63,761 nucleotides of DNA, filler included, from Octopus bimaculoides (GCF_001194135.2; 7 parts of 5 records of this genome joined end to end with filler, not necessarily neighbours in it); one strand, 5' to 3'. Positions 36,295 to 47,906 are shown, numbered from the whole stretch's first letter. Numbers and translations are program-made. The notes: generated from the sequence alone by a model not told the origin.

Positions 36295-36724
36295 GGGAAT
36301 AAAAAAAGGAATGGAATAAAATCTGGGCAGAAGATAAAACACACAATGAAAAGGCCCCTTGGATTGATAGAATATCTACAGACCTAGACTCCTTAGAGGA
36401 GCAAAAGTGGGAGGGGGTCAAGGTAGAAGATATAAGATCTGCTCTCAGGAGGTCAAGCAAATGGAAGTCTCCAGGAAAGGATAAAATTCCTAACTTCTGG
36501 TTGAATGCTTTCCCAGAAAGCCATGAACTGCTAACAAAACTTTACAACGATGTCTTACAAAACCCTAGTTTGATGCCTTCTTGGCTAGTTAATGGTTTAA
36601 CATTCCTGCTTCCACAAAAAATGAGGAAACAAACGAACAAAAAAATTATCGCCCCATAACCTGCTTAACAACAATGTATAAGACGCTAACATCTGTCCTA
36701 ACCGAGTGCACCTATAGTTTTTTA
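36295..36724 (+). mobile_element. R4/Dong fragment 3 (RT N-terminal domains), ends at gap
   Basis: WKSPGKDKIPNFWLNAF ... PSWLVNGLTFLLP ... NYRPITCLTTMYKTLTSVL. Confidence 0.85.
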
Positions 36725-37239
36725 NNNNNNNNNNNNNNNNNNNNNNNNNNNNNNNNNNNNNNNNNNNNTTAATTAATTAANNNNNNNNNNNNNNNNNNNN
36801 NNNNNNNNNNNNNNNNNNNNNNNNATGTATATATATATGTGTGTGTGTGTGTGTGCATGTTGAGTCAGTGTATATCTGTGTATAACTATGTCTGTATGTA
36901 TATGTGTGTGTGCATACATGCAGTACAGTACTTAACACAAGCACATTTGTTTTTGTTCATTCAATTGATAATCTATTTTTTAGATGTAATTATTCTGGTT
37001 CAAATATGACCCAATTCCTGCCTTGTAGTTAGTCACTGTATCCCAGTTATTTTATTGTAGATGAGTAGCTGACGTTATCTTCTTAAAGTACATTAGTACA
37101 TGTGTCTTGAGATAATGTACTCTCTTTCGTACTTGCGCAAGCAGTGATACAACAAATAGTATTGTTTTCTAATGTTAATGCTGATAATAATTCCTCCTCC
37201 TCCTCCTCCTACTACTACTAATAATAATTATTATTATTA

Positions 37240-38240
37240 TGGTACAGTGCCAGCAGTTTTGATGGGGGGAGGATTAGTTTTGGGGTTGATGAATTAAGTA
37301 CCAGTGAAACACTGGGTTCAATGTAATCAACTAGTCCCCTCCCCACAAATTTCTGGCCTTGTACCTTTAGCAGAAAGGATTATTGTTATTATTATTGAAA
37401 AGTGGTGATCTGGCTGAATCGTTACATTCTGAGTTCAAATTCCACTGTAGTTCATTTTGCCTTTCATTGTTTTAGGGTTGATAAAATAAGTACTAGTTGA
37501 GCACTGGAGTTGATGTATTTGATTACTCCCTTCCTCCTTCCCCCAACAAAAATCTCAGGCTTTTGCCTTTTGTAGAAAGGATTATTATTATTATTCTTTT
37601 ACTCCTCAGAGCCCTTGGTCTTGTTTGCTGTGGTTGATTCTGTGGGAGTGGACAGCAGCTTGTTGTCAGAGGTCTCTCAGGATTTTTCTGCACATTATAA
37701 GCTTTGATACTTGGTTGTTAATTATCATGGAAGACATTATTATTATTATTATTATTGTTAAAAGGCAGTGAGCTGACAGAATTGTTAGCATGCTGGGCAA
37801 AATGCTTAGCGGCATTTCATCCATCCTTATGTTCTGAGTTCCAATTCCGTTTGAGGTCGACTTTGCCTTTCATCCTTTCGAGGTCGATAAAATAAGTACC
37901 AGTCACTGGGGTCAATGTAATTGACTTATCCCTTCCCCCAAAATTTCAGGCCTTGTGCCTATTATTATCATATTATTATTATTAAAAAAGATTATTATTA
38001 TTATTATTAAGAATGCTCACTGGTTTGGCAGAACCATGACAGTGTAAGACACAATGTGTTTCTCTATTCATTTCATCTCTTCAAGTTCTGAGTTCAAATC
38101 TCATGAAGGGTGACTTCCATCGGTCGGGGATTGTTGGGAGTGATAAAATAAAAGCATCAGTGAAATACTGGGGGGTCAATATAATCAACTGGCCCCTTCT
38201 CCTTCCAAATTTATGCGCTTGTGCCTAAAGTAGAAACATC
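37240..38240 (+). mobile_element. Cluster of four SINE C copies separated by (ATT)n
   Basis: Heads at about 37398, 37761 and 38012; core TTGCCTTTCAT...GATAAAATAAGTAC; tails CCTTGT...AGAAAGGATTATT. Confidence 0.75.
37590..37740 (-). mobile_element. Probable R4-like 3' terminal fragment between ATT arrays
   Basis: Minus RKILRDL* resembles ILRKILEI* at about 36110. Confidence 0.4.
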
Positions 38241-39208
38241 ACATCATCATTAATGGTTCCTATATGCTATAGTTATATACTCTTATTAAAGTTGCAAAAA
38301 TCTTCAGTCTGTTATTTAGAGTTTAACATTACCATTCATCAGGCAGTTGCGATCAATATGATCACATCTGTTCGACAAATGGTAATGTAAAACTTTGAGT
38401 AACAGTTTGCAGCTTTCATGAAAGCATATTACTTTATCTTCAATATTCGAATACTATTCTTTTTCCACCTCGTTTTGAATTTCTGTACTTACTCGTCTGT
38501 TATACTTATATATGTATATAATGAAAAAGATAATAATGTTAATGATAGTGCTAAGATTTATCATGATGATGATGATAATTATAGAAATAAGCATGATACT
38601 AATAATAGGTTCTTTTATTAACCACAGGATCAAAAACAGAAAAAAAAAAAAAGCAAAAATATTTACTGCCTAAAGTAATTTTAACAAAACATCCTTTGGT
38701 TGAATTTTGTTTTCCATAATTCTTCACCAAAGGAACGATTCTCTAAAAACATGAAAAAAGTATTTACAATAGTAAAGTACCATGCTATATTGTCATTCCT
38801 TAGTATCTTCCAGTTCTAAATTTGGCTTATTTCTGTCCTACATATATCTTCCTCATGTCTCTTTCTGTTCCACCATCTATATATCTCTCTATCCATACCC
38901 GAATTCTGTATCTTGAAATTCTCTCTATATTCTCCTCACTATATTTTTATCTATATTCCCATAGTTTCTTTTCCTCTCCATGTACTTTTATTTGTATTTC
39001 TCAGTTATTTCTGTCTAGAATTCCTCCCATGTCTGTCTATATTTCCAATTATTCTTTAGCATATTTCTCTACTCTACACACCAATTTCTTCTTATATTAA
39101 CCAATGTCTTACTCTATAATTTACCTTATATTTTAGTCCATATTCCTTCCCTCTATCTTCCTACATTTTATCCCGTCACCTTTATCTATCTATCTATCTA
39201 TCTATATG

Positions 39209-39243
<35 letters not shown>

Positions 39244-39454
39244 NNNNNNNNNNTTTGAACTGCATTTGTTGTCTTGCATTTATCTTTTATTGTTTACTAA
39301 TTTCAGTCATTGAACTGTGGCTATGCTGGGGCAACCACATGATTCTGGGTTCAGTCCCACTGCATGGCACCTTGGGCAAGTGTCTTCTACTATAGCCTCG
39401 GGTTGGCCAAAGCCTTGTCAGTGGATTTGGTAGATGGAAACTGAAAGAAATCCG

Positions 39455-40826
39455 TGTCTGTTTGGCTGGGTCATTTGGGGTTGGTTGGTATAGAATCTGG
39501 GTCTTCTTAGAATTGATGGTAAGACCAAGGGTACTGTATACTTGGTTGAAGGTGTTCAGGATCTGTTGAAGGTCTCCTTCAAAAAAGAGCTGCAATGCAG
39601 TTGTCATCTGCATATTTGAACTTGATCAGGGAGGTAGAGGATATCTTAGTTTTGGACTTGAGACAAGCAAGGTTGAACAGTTTCCTTTGGGTTGGATAGA
39701 TGATCTCAATACCTGCTGGAAGATCTTACTAAATGATGTGCAGGAAGGTAGCGATGAAGATGACAAACAGTGTTGGGATGATTACCCAAGTTTGTTTTAC
39801 TCCCATTTTTACTTGGGAAGGCTCAGATATTCCTTGGTTGAGCAGGACAGTTGCAAACATGCCATCATGGAGGAGTCTTAGAATGCAGATGTACTTCGGA
39901 GGACATCCATATATGGAGAGAATATCCCAGAGAAGTTCTCTTGACACGGAATCGAACACTTTTGCCAGATCAACGAAGGCCATGTACTGGGCTTGGTACT
40001 GTTCAAGGCACTTTTCTTGGAGTTGATGCAAGGTGAAGAACATATCAATGGTCTAAAACCTGCCTGAGTCTCCAGAAGACTTTTCTCAGCCAATGGTTTT
40101 AAGTGGTCGTTCGTAATCCGAGCAAGTACCTAGCTAGCAGCTGCCAACAAGGAGATTCCCCTGTAATTTCCACGTTCAGATGGTTCTCTCTTCCTCTTGT
40201 AGATTAGTCATGATGGCTAAATCTCTGAAGTCAGATGGTATCTCTTCGTTGGTCCAAATTTTGATGAGGGCCTGGTGCAGTTGGTAATGGAGTAGGCTGC
40301 TGCCGATTCTGTAAATTTCAGCAGGAACTTCATCAACCCAGCAGCCTTGTTCTTCAGGGTGGTGTTGGTTTCTTTCACTTCAGCAACGGTGAGTAACTTG
40401 CTTAAGGGATCTTCAGTGGGTTGTTTTGGGATGATATACAGGAGGTCACTGTCAAAAGTTGTTATTTGACTAAGCAGCTCTTCACAGTGCTCCCTCCCTC
40501 TCCAATTGATCTGGGCATTATTCTTGAAGATTGTTGAGCTGTCCTTGATTTTCAGTGGGGCTTGGCCACTGGTAGATGGTCTGAAGATTGCTTTGGTAGC
40601 TTTAAAGAATCCTCTGGTGTCGTTGGTATCTGCATGTCGTTGAATTTCCTTTGCCTTGTCCGTCCACCATTGGTCATTCAGGTTTTGAGTGGTTTTCTGA
40701 ACTTTGGCTTTGCGTTCTTGATATTGCTTGCATTTTGCAGTGGATCTCTGATCATTTTGGATGGCAATGAAGGCTTTTCTTTTTACATTGATAAGTTGTT
40801 TCAGTTGCTCATCATTCTCATCGAGC
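39455..40826 (-). mobile_element. RTE (BovB-like) LINE ORF fragment, RT
   Basis: DENDEQLKQL...WWTDKAKEIQRHAD; NYRGISLL; ETQAGFRP; FFTLHQLQEKCLEQ; AFVDLAKVFDSVSRELLW; GVKQ. Confidence 0.9.
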
Positions 40827-41246
40827 AACTCGAGCTTGTATGAAGCTTGCTCGTACTGCGAATTTCCACTCGTACTTCAAGACAAAAATTACCCGATCAA
40901 TGACTGGTTTTACTGCTAGTATATATGTGTGCGTGTGTTTGTGTGTGAGTACAGGGGTTGGACAAAATAATGGAAACATGTAACACCATAGTATCATAAT
41001 TTTGAAATATCTATAAAACCGTCAAAAGCTTGTTTATTTTGATGTTTTTTGATTTATTATTAGTGTTGCATTGTTAGTGCATTTTAGAAAAACAAGTAAG
41101 ATATCCTCCACCATCATCACTATAAGAACTGGAGACTGTTTTAGCTGAAGAATGAACAAAAATCCTTTGGAAACAATTCGAACTTTTACAAGTCCCTATC
41201 TTGTAGAATTCAAGCTGTAATTACTGCCAAAGGCAGTCCTACCCTA

Positions 41247-41731
41247 TGTAGTGAATCTTGCAGGCATGAAGTGGATTCGATCCACCATAGCCAAATTTAA
41301 ATTAACAGTTCAACAGAACTTTTCTCACAGGTAGAACAATGGGTTTTCTCTGACAGCAGTTTTACATTTGCCAGATTGCCTTTAGCTAGGCCGAAATAAT
41401 GTCTTCACCACTTGACCCTTATATCTTCTACTTTACCAAAAGCTAGAATAGAGATATCACAGTACCACCAACGAAATCCATTGTTCTCAACGATATGTCT
41501 ATTCTTCTGGATTGTTATAAAAACAAGAACCCACAAGCAAAAGACAATTAGTCACTTCGGTGACATCTCAGTGAGAACGAAGTCTGGCTGACCAGCTAGA
41601 ATCTTGGCCAGAAGGAGAAATGAGGTTTACTGTCAGCAACTGTGAAACAACGCCCCACAACCCTACAATGATCCCAACGTTGCACCATAACAGGCATCAA
41701 TTACAAAATTAAACTAATATCTCCTGTTACA
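41247..41731 (+). mobile_element. Solo LTR (Gypsy-like), 485 bp
   Basis: TGTAG...TTACA termini; 4-bp TSD CCTA (41243-41246, 41732-41735); ATTAAA near 3' end. Confidence 0.7.
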
Positions 41732-41751
41732 CCTATATTAAAATAAATTTG

Positions 41752-42048
41752 GGTACTACTAAAGCAGCACGGTCCCCAACTCACAGTCGCGCTAGCTAGT
41801 CGTGAGTGGTCGATCCTACAAAAAGTGCGCGTGTGTGCAAATGAATACGGGTTAAGGTTAGGAATAGGGTTAGGGTTAGGGTTAGGGTTAGGATCTACCA
41901 CTCACGATTAGCTAGCGCACCCTAACCCTAACCCCGTATTCATTTGCACACACGCTCGCACGCGCACTTTTTGTAGGATCGACCACTCACGACTAGCTAG
42001 CGCGGACGCGCAACTGCGAGTTCGGGACCGTGCTGCTTTAGTAGTACC
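41752..42048. mobile_element. Merlin-type palindromic MITE with internal TTAGGG/CCCTAA repeats
   Basis: TIR GGTACTACTAAAGCAGCACGGTCCC; 8-bp TSD TAAATTTG (41744-41751, 42049-42056); about 100-bp arms. Confidence 0.75.
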
Positions 42049-42236
42049 TAAATTTGTTTGAAATTTTAAGGTGTTTCCATTATTTTGTCCAGCCACTGTA
42101 TTACTAATTTAATTCGCTCCGTGACGGAGCTCGTAACTCAAATTACTCATATGTCTAATCCGTTCTGCTCTCCACCCTAACAAAGAAACCACAACAATTT
42201 TTTTTTTTTTGTTACGTGTTTTTGAATAAGAAAAAT

Positions 42237-42366
42237 GGGCACTGTCATGCTATTAGCTGTCAGAAGTGAAAGTGCTCACTGCTAGTGAAGTATCTGTCTT
42301 CTGCCTGCATGCCTGTTGCTGGCCTGTCGATTCTTTGGCTACGGACAGCTAATACCATGACTGGCC
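42237..42366. mobile_element. Small MITE with GGGCAC...TTAGCTGTC TIRs
   Basis: Left GGGCACTGTCATGCTATTAGCTGTC; right GACAGCTAATACCATGACTGGCC. Confidence 0.6.
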
Positions 42367-42415
42367 GGAGCGAGCTATATGTCTGTCTGTCTGTCTCTCT
42401 CTCTATCTATCTATT

Positions 42416-42633
42416 ACTCGAAAGTTCGCGCGTCCGCGCTAGCTAGTCGTGAGTAGAAAACACAAATTTAATATAAAAACATATTTCCTGAAATTGCAAA
42501 TTATTTAAAATATAAAAATATAATTTTCAACAGAGAGAATTTATCAAAATAGAAAACAAATGAAGTTTGAAGTTTAAAAATAATGGGATCGACCACTCAC
42601 GACTAGCTAGCGCGGACGCGCGAACTTTCGAGT
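42416..42633. repeat. Perfect 39-bp inverted repeat around a 140-bp AT-rich spacer, sharing the Merlin MITE core
   Basis: ACTCGAAAGTTCGCGCGTCCGCGCTAGCTAGTCGTGAGT (42416-42454) and its exact reverse complement (42595-42633). Confidence 0.85.
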
Positions 42634-43002
42634 TTAGAGTTATGGTCAGGCCGAAAACGGGTGGTGTGCGTATTCTTTACCTCCGCCATAATTTGGAAAC
42701 TGAGAAGTGCTTTGATGACCAAATCTTCAGGAAACTCGAATGTAGCGAGACAGGAGTTGATTTCTTAATAAACATCAAGGTAGTTAGTTGCAAATCTAAA
42801 ATATTCAATGAGTTGTTTTGTGGTTGATATACTTTCTGAGTGTATAATTTATTTACTTTGTTTTAAAAAAATTATTTATTTTGTTTAGAAAAAACCCTCA
42901 TACATGTTTTGCGCATGACGCGCACTCGCACTAGGTAGTCCTAGGATCGACTAGTCACGACTCGCTAGCACGGATGCGCGAGTGCGCGCACCGGGACCAC
43001 TC

Positions 43003-44375
43003 TTGTTCAATTGTACCTTCAAAACCAAATGTAATGTACTGTTTGCAGCACTGGAACAAGTGAATAAGGAATTAGACAGACTGGAAAAAATGGGAGTGAT
43101 TGAAAAGATCGACTATTTACATTGGGCATCTTCAACGGTTAAAACGAAAAACAATAAAATTCGTGTGCGCAGATTTCTCGACAGGACTTAACGAATGTTT
43201 TAAGACAGTATAAACTACCCATTACCTAGCCTAGAGATCTTCTTGAAACGAAATGCTGGTAAATTGTTATCGAAATTAGATCTTTCTGATGCTTACTTAT
43301 AGGTAGAAGTGTATGACGAATGTACCAAACTTCTAACAATTGATACCAGTTAAATGTTTGTACGAATTTAACCAGCTTCCGTTGGCATAACTACAGAGTT
43401 GTACCCTCCCGACTTTGAAATGAAACAAATATGGACGACTTGCTCCGAAACACCACCGAGTGGAGAACACTTCTCAAAAATAACCTGCAATTGTTTCTTT
43501 CAAAATTCTTACATGCTCGAAATGTACATATATCAAGGTATATTTGTAGAAAATTTCACGAAAAAATATTCATTTTCCTGGAAGTTAAGAGGAATTTAAG
43601 TAGACTCTGGTGGAATTTCCGAAAATTGTCTCCCACCTCACTCCCCAAACTCTTTCACCGAAATTTTTTGTATATTCGGAATTTACATAATAAATAATAT
43701 ATGCATAGAAAATTTCATAAAAAAATATTCATTTTTCTGAAAGTTATGACCCTCCAAAGGTGAGGGGTACAACTCTAATTATGCTCTTCCATTTGGCATA
43801 AAAGTTGCTCCGGCTATATTCCAACAAGCAACGGATACGATGCTTGCCCGAGTGTTACTTCGCGATGGCCTTCCTGGATGATATATTGATTAAAAGCGAA
43901 TCCCGTGATCAGCATGTCGACCAAGGAAAATATGTTTTTGAAAAAAATAAGAGATTATGGTTTCACACTGAATGAAAAATGTGAATTTTTGTTGCCTAAA
44001 ATTAAGTATTTAGGACTAATCATTGATAAAAACGGTCGTCGAGGACAGATGCGATTAAAAATATGCTCCATGTCGACGAATACATCTACCTTACAAGCTT
44101 CTTTTTGGGACTTGGAAAATTATTACCAAATTTATATACCAAATATGCACAAGGTAAGAGCTCTACAAATTATCTATTTAAAAAAGATGTAAAGTGGAAT
44201 TGGTCTGAAAAATCGTCACTAGGCGTTTGACGAAATAAAAAAGATATTAACATCTGATTTGTCTTCAGCATATTTTGATCCTGGAGTGGAGATTGTAGAA
44301 GCTTCAGATGCTAGTGAGTACGGTATCGGAGCAATAATGCTACATAAATATGAAGATGGTAACATGAAGGCTATG
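43003..44375 (+). mobile_element. Ty3/Gypsy pol fragment (RT and RNase H), degenerate
   Basis: FAALEQVNKELDRLEKMGVIEKID, SKLDLSDAYL, LPFGIKVAPAIFQ, AFLDDILI, KYLG, ASDASEYGIGA. Confidence 0.9.
43394..43776. mobile_element. Tc1/mariner-type MITE inserted in the Gypsy RT
   Basis: TA|CAGAGTTGTACCCTC ... GAGGGGTACAACTCT; internal direct repeat AGAAAATTTCA..AAAAAATATTCATTTT. Confidence 0.65.
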
Positions 44376-44619
44376 TGGCGATCTTTCGATACCATTAGTA
44401 ATTGCTTCTGTAGTAAGGCTGGCACTACGACTCTTTGTGTGTACATTGTCACAAATTGAGAACAGGCTCGAATCTGTGTTGTGTTCGGCAAAACGCATGT
44501 TTTTATCTCTTTTTAGCCCTCAGCATTTTTTTTTCTTTTTTAATAAGTTCATCGTTTTTCGCTTTAAATTTTATGTCTTGTAATGTAAATGGTAATTCAC
44601 GTATGACATAACATAAAAC

Positions 44620-44721
44620 GGCACTATCATGCTATTAGCTGTCAGAAGTGAGGCAGACAGACAGATACTTCACTAGCAGTGAGCACTTTCACTTCTGACA
44701 GCTAATAGCATGATAGTGCCC
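44620..44721. mobile_element. Mini-MITE with perfect 32-bp arms, same family as 42237-42366 in opposite orientation
   Basis: GGCACTATCATGCTATTAGCTGTCAGAAGTGA / TCACTTCTGACAGCTAATAGCATGATAGTGCC. Confidence 0.75.
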
Positions 44722-45139
44722 ATAAAACATATTAAATTTCATTATCTACTCGCAACGCTGCATTCACGGTATCCTCAAATGATTCAGTATTTTCCGGGTA
44801 TTAATCTTGACAAACAATCAGCGTGTTCTAATTTCTAAGATGGTATAAACTCCACCTTAAAATCGTAGTTTAGTAATATAGTACCCCCCACCGCCCAGCG
44901 TTACAACCTATTAGCAATATACGTAGGGATTCCTTTCTTCGACCCATATATGGATAATAACGGACGATGATCAGTCTGTAGTTGGAAATTTCTACCGTGT
45001 ACAAATCTGAAATTTTTTACGGCAAAAATAATTGCTGGCGATCTTTCGATACCAGTACGAAATATCGGCCTTTTCCGTAAAAGTGAGGAATAGTAGTGAG
45101 CACTTGAATTGCTTCTTTCCCCCTTCCCTTCCTGTCTTA

Positions 45140-45318
45140 ACCTCTTAATGGATGTTTACTGCTGGAATGAAGCTCCACTCCAAGTACTGTTTCTTCTTTG
45201 TTCTTTTTTCAGCACATCGCTCTCACTTCTTACTACAACTCTCCTCTTATAGATATAATAATTCATTCCTCTACTATTACCGTCTCCGATGAAGGGATAC
45301 ATTGGATTTTCCCTGAAA
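45140..45318 (+). mobile_element. Probable PLE pLTR fragment with degenerate hammerhead, cut by gap
   Basis: CCGATGA-AGGGA..TCCCT-GAAA at 45286-45318. Confidence 0.45.
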
Positions 45319-46594
45319 NNNNNNNNNNNNNNNNNNNNNNNNNNNNNNNNNNNNNNNNNNNNTTAATTAATTAANNNNNNNNNNNNNNNNNNNNNNNNNN
45401 NNNNNNNNNNNNNNNNNNAGAAGAAGAAGAAGAAGAAGAAGAAGAAGAAGAAGAAGAAGAAGAAGAAGAATGAACAACCAGCGTGTGTGTGTTTTCTTTC
45501 TATTGGCATAATGACCCTCCCAAGATACAAGAAATACGTTGTGACTTTCAAGATAAATAAGCTCCGCTAGAATATAGCTTTGATACTACTATAACATTCT
45601 TTGCCCATTGACATTACTGGACGTCGTGGTGGTCTTGGTTATCAAGGAAATAGTTACATTACTAGTGGGAGTTGTTGTTTTCAGGGTGTATTTAACAAGT
45701 ATTTTATCGGGGTTTTTTTTTAGGAAGGGGGTATTTTGTTTTTTTAATTTATATTTTTTTATTTCCACTAATTTGAAAACCATAGAGCAGTTCTATATAT
45801 TATTTTGTATATATTTATAAGACAGAAGAGAAACGACCACATATTTTTTATATTCTAAATGAATCGGTTTTCGTCACCTCACTCATGTTTTCCTTTTGCT
45901 ATTATTGTTTTATTATTTGTTTTTCATTTGTTTATTTTATTTTTTATTTATTTATTTATTTATTTATTTTTTACATGAAAGGCCTTCATTCTTCAACTAG
46001 TAAATCAAGACAATTTTTTTCATTTAGACTTCAAACTTGTGGCACTACATTTGTGTGACTGCCAACAATAGGCGTCGAAACGTAAACATCTGTAAGTAAT
46101 CTGCTCAAATTTCTGAAACTGTGAACTGAATAAACAACAAAGATGAGGAAGAAAAGGAAGAAAATGTATTTCTTTCTGGCATAATCTTCACACACACAGG
46201 CACATATTGCATATTACATATACATCTACACGCGCGCGCGCATCCACACTCACGCGCATACACACACACACACAAACATATATATATACAAATATATANN
46301 NNNNNNNNNNNNNNNNNNNNNNNNNNNNNNNNNNNNNNNNNNNNNNNNNNNNNNNNNNNNNNNNNNNNNNNNNNNNNNNNNNNNNNNNNNNNNNNNNNNN
46401 NNNNNNNNNNNNNNNNNNNNNNNNNNNNNNNNNNNNNNNNNNNNNNNNNNNNNNNNNNNNNNNNNNNNNNNNNTATATATATATATATATATATCAATAA
46501 ATATGTGTGTGTAATATATGTATACATACATATAAGTATATATATGTAAATAATATATATATATATATGTATGCATATATATATATATATACAT

Positions 46595-46651
<57 letters not shown>

Positions 46652-47804
46652 AAATACTATATACTGTTATATACAAATGTATGTACAAGTATTCTTATAT
46701 ACGGTGTGAGTAGTATAAGTAAGTTTGTTGCCTTTGTTTTTATTTTTGTGAAGGGGTAGAAGTTGTGATTTTCTTATGCGAAGTGGTCAGACGATGGGTG
46801 GTGAGGGCATAGGGGGGGTTGTGACCTGTGTTAACTGTTATTTTAATACATTACTTCTGCAAAATACATTTCATTTGCGACTCTGAAAACATACGTCACA
46901 AATATCTTTCGATTTTATCTTTATTTGGTTTTCTCTGTTTATTGTTTTGATTTCTGTTTTTCTTCTTTATTCCCCCTCGTTAATCTAAATTTAAGAAAAA
47001 GAAAATATAACTTGAACGCTGAAGATAAACTAACTGCCTCCCCCACCCCTTATGATGATGATGGTTAAATACATATGTACATAGGCATGTGCATGTGAGA
47101 ACATATTCTAAATTTCGGTTTGATGTATGACCATCTTTGGGAGATTATGCTTTGGTGCATTTGTCAAGAATTTTTTCGTTTCAAGTTCTTTGAATTTACG
47201 AAATGGAATCTCCAATAAAGAAAGAACAGCTTCAGCATTGAAATTAGATAACAGAAGAGTAAAGAAATAAATGCTAAATTTTAAACTTTTATTACATATT
47301 TCTACTGTTCCACTTACAGATTACTTTGTAGTGTGAATGTTTTAATTATTCTCTTTCTTCAGTGAAATCATGTCACTTTTACAGATTATTACTTGAAGAC
47401 TAAGTAACATATCTAATTGTATAACAGACTAACACAATTATGAATGTACATTTATAAGCTGCAAGGAAAATTGTATATACGAGAGGGTGCTAAAATGTCC
47501 CTGACTTTGGGCAAAAGAAAATACAAACATATCAAATTTATTCATTTCTCTGTAGATTGAAATCTAAATCGATTTTCGAGTCTTATTGGGGTCTCGTCAG
47601 AGGTGTCTTAATCACTTGCCTGATCCCAAAAAACAAGAAACCAAACTTGGAATTCAGTAGTTTGAGAGAACTAGAGTTGCTAACTAATTTGTTTAGTATT
47701 AGAACTTAAAACCTTCATTATGAGCAGCCTGTCAACACACACACACGCACATACACATGCACACACATACACACACACACTTCGACCACTCACAGACAGC
47801 TCTC

Positions 47805-47906
<102 letters not shown>

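Larger units (their letters stand above)
40952..42098 (+). mobile_element. Internally deleted Tc1 element hosting two younger insertions
   Basis: TA|CAGGGGTTGGACAAAATAATGGAAACA ... TGTTTCCATTATTTTGTCCAGCCACTG|TA; transposase end RIQAVITAKGSPT. Confidence 0.85.

Noticed and set aside
37610-37707. Plus-strand terminal exon candidate (PLVLFAVVDSVGVDSS...)
   Set aside because: Better explained as antisense of an R4-like 3' end, with the pyrimidine tract supplied by its tail
40826-40920. Possible mini-Helitron (TC start, weak hairpin, CTAG|T end)
   Set aside because: Hairpin poorly paired and the TC start overlaps the RTE; insufficient without a consensus
41849-41935. Head-to-head telomeric repeats as a chromosome-fusion scar
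   Set aside because: Very short and enclosed in a TIR element with an 8-bp TSD
46055-46095. GAC-TGCC..GGC-GTC-GAAAC-GTA hammerhead-like motif
   Set aside because: No CTGANGA core and no stem I
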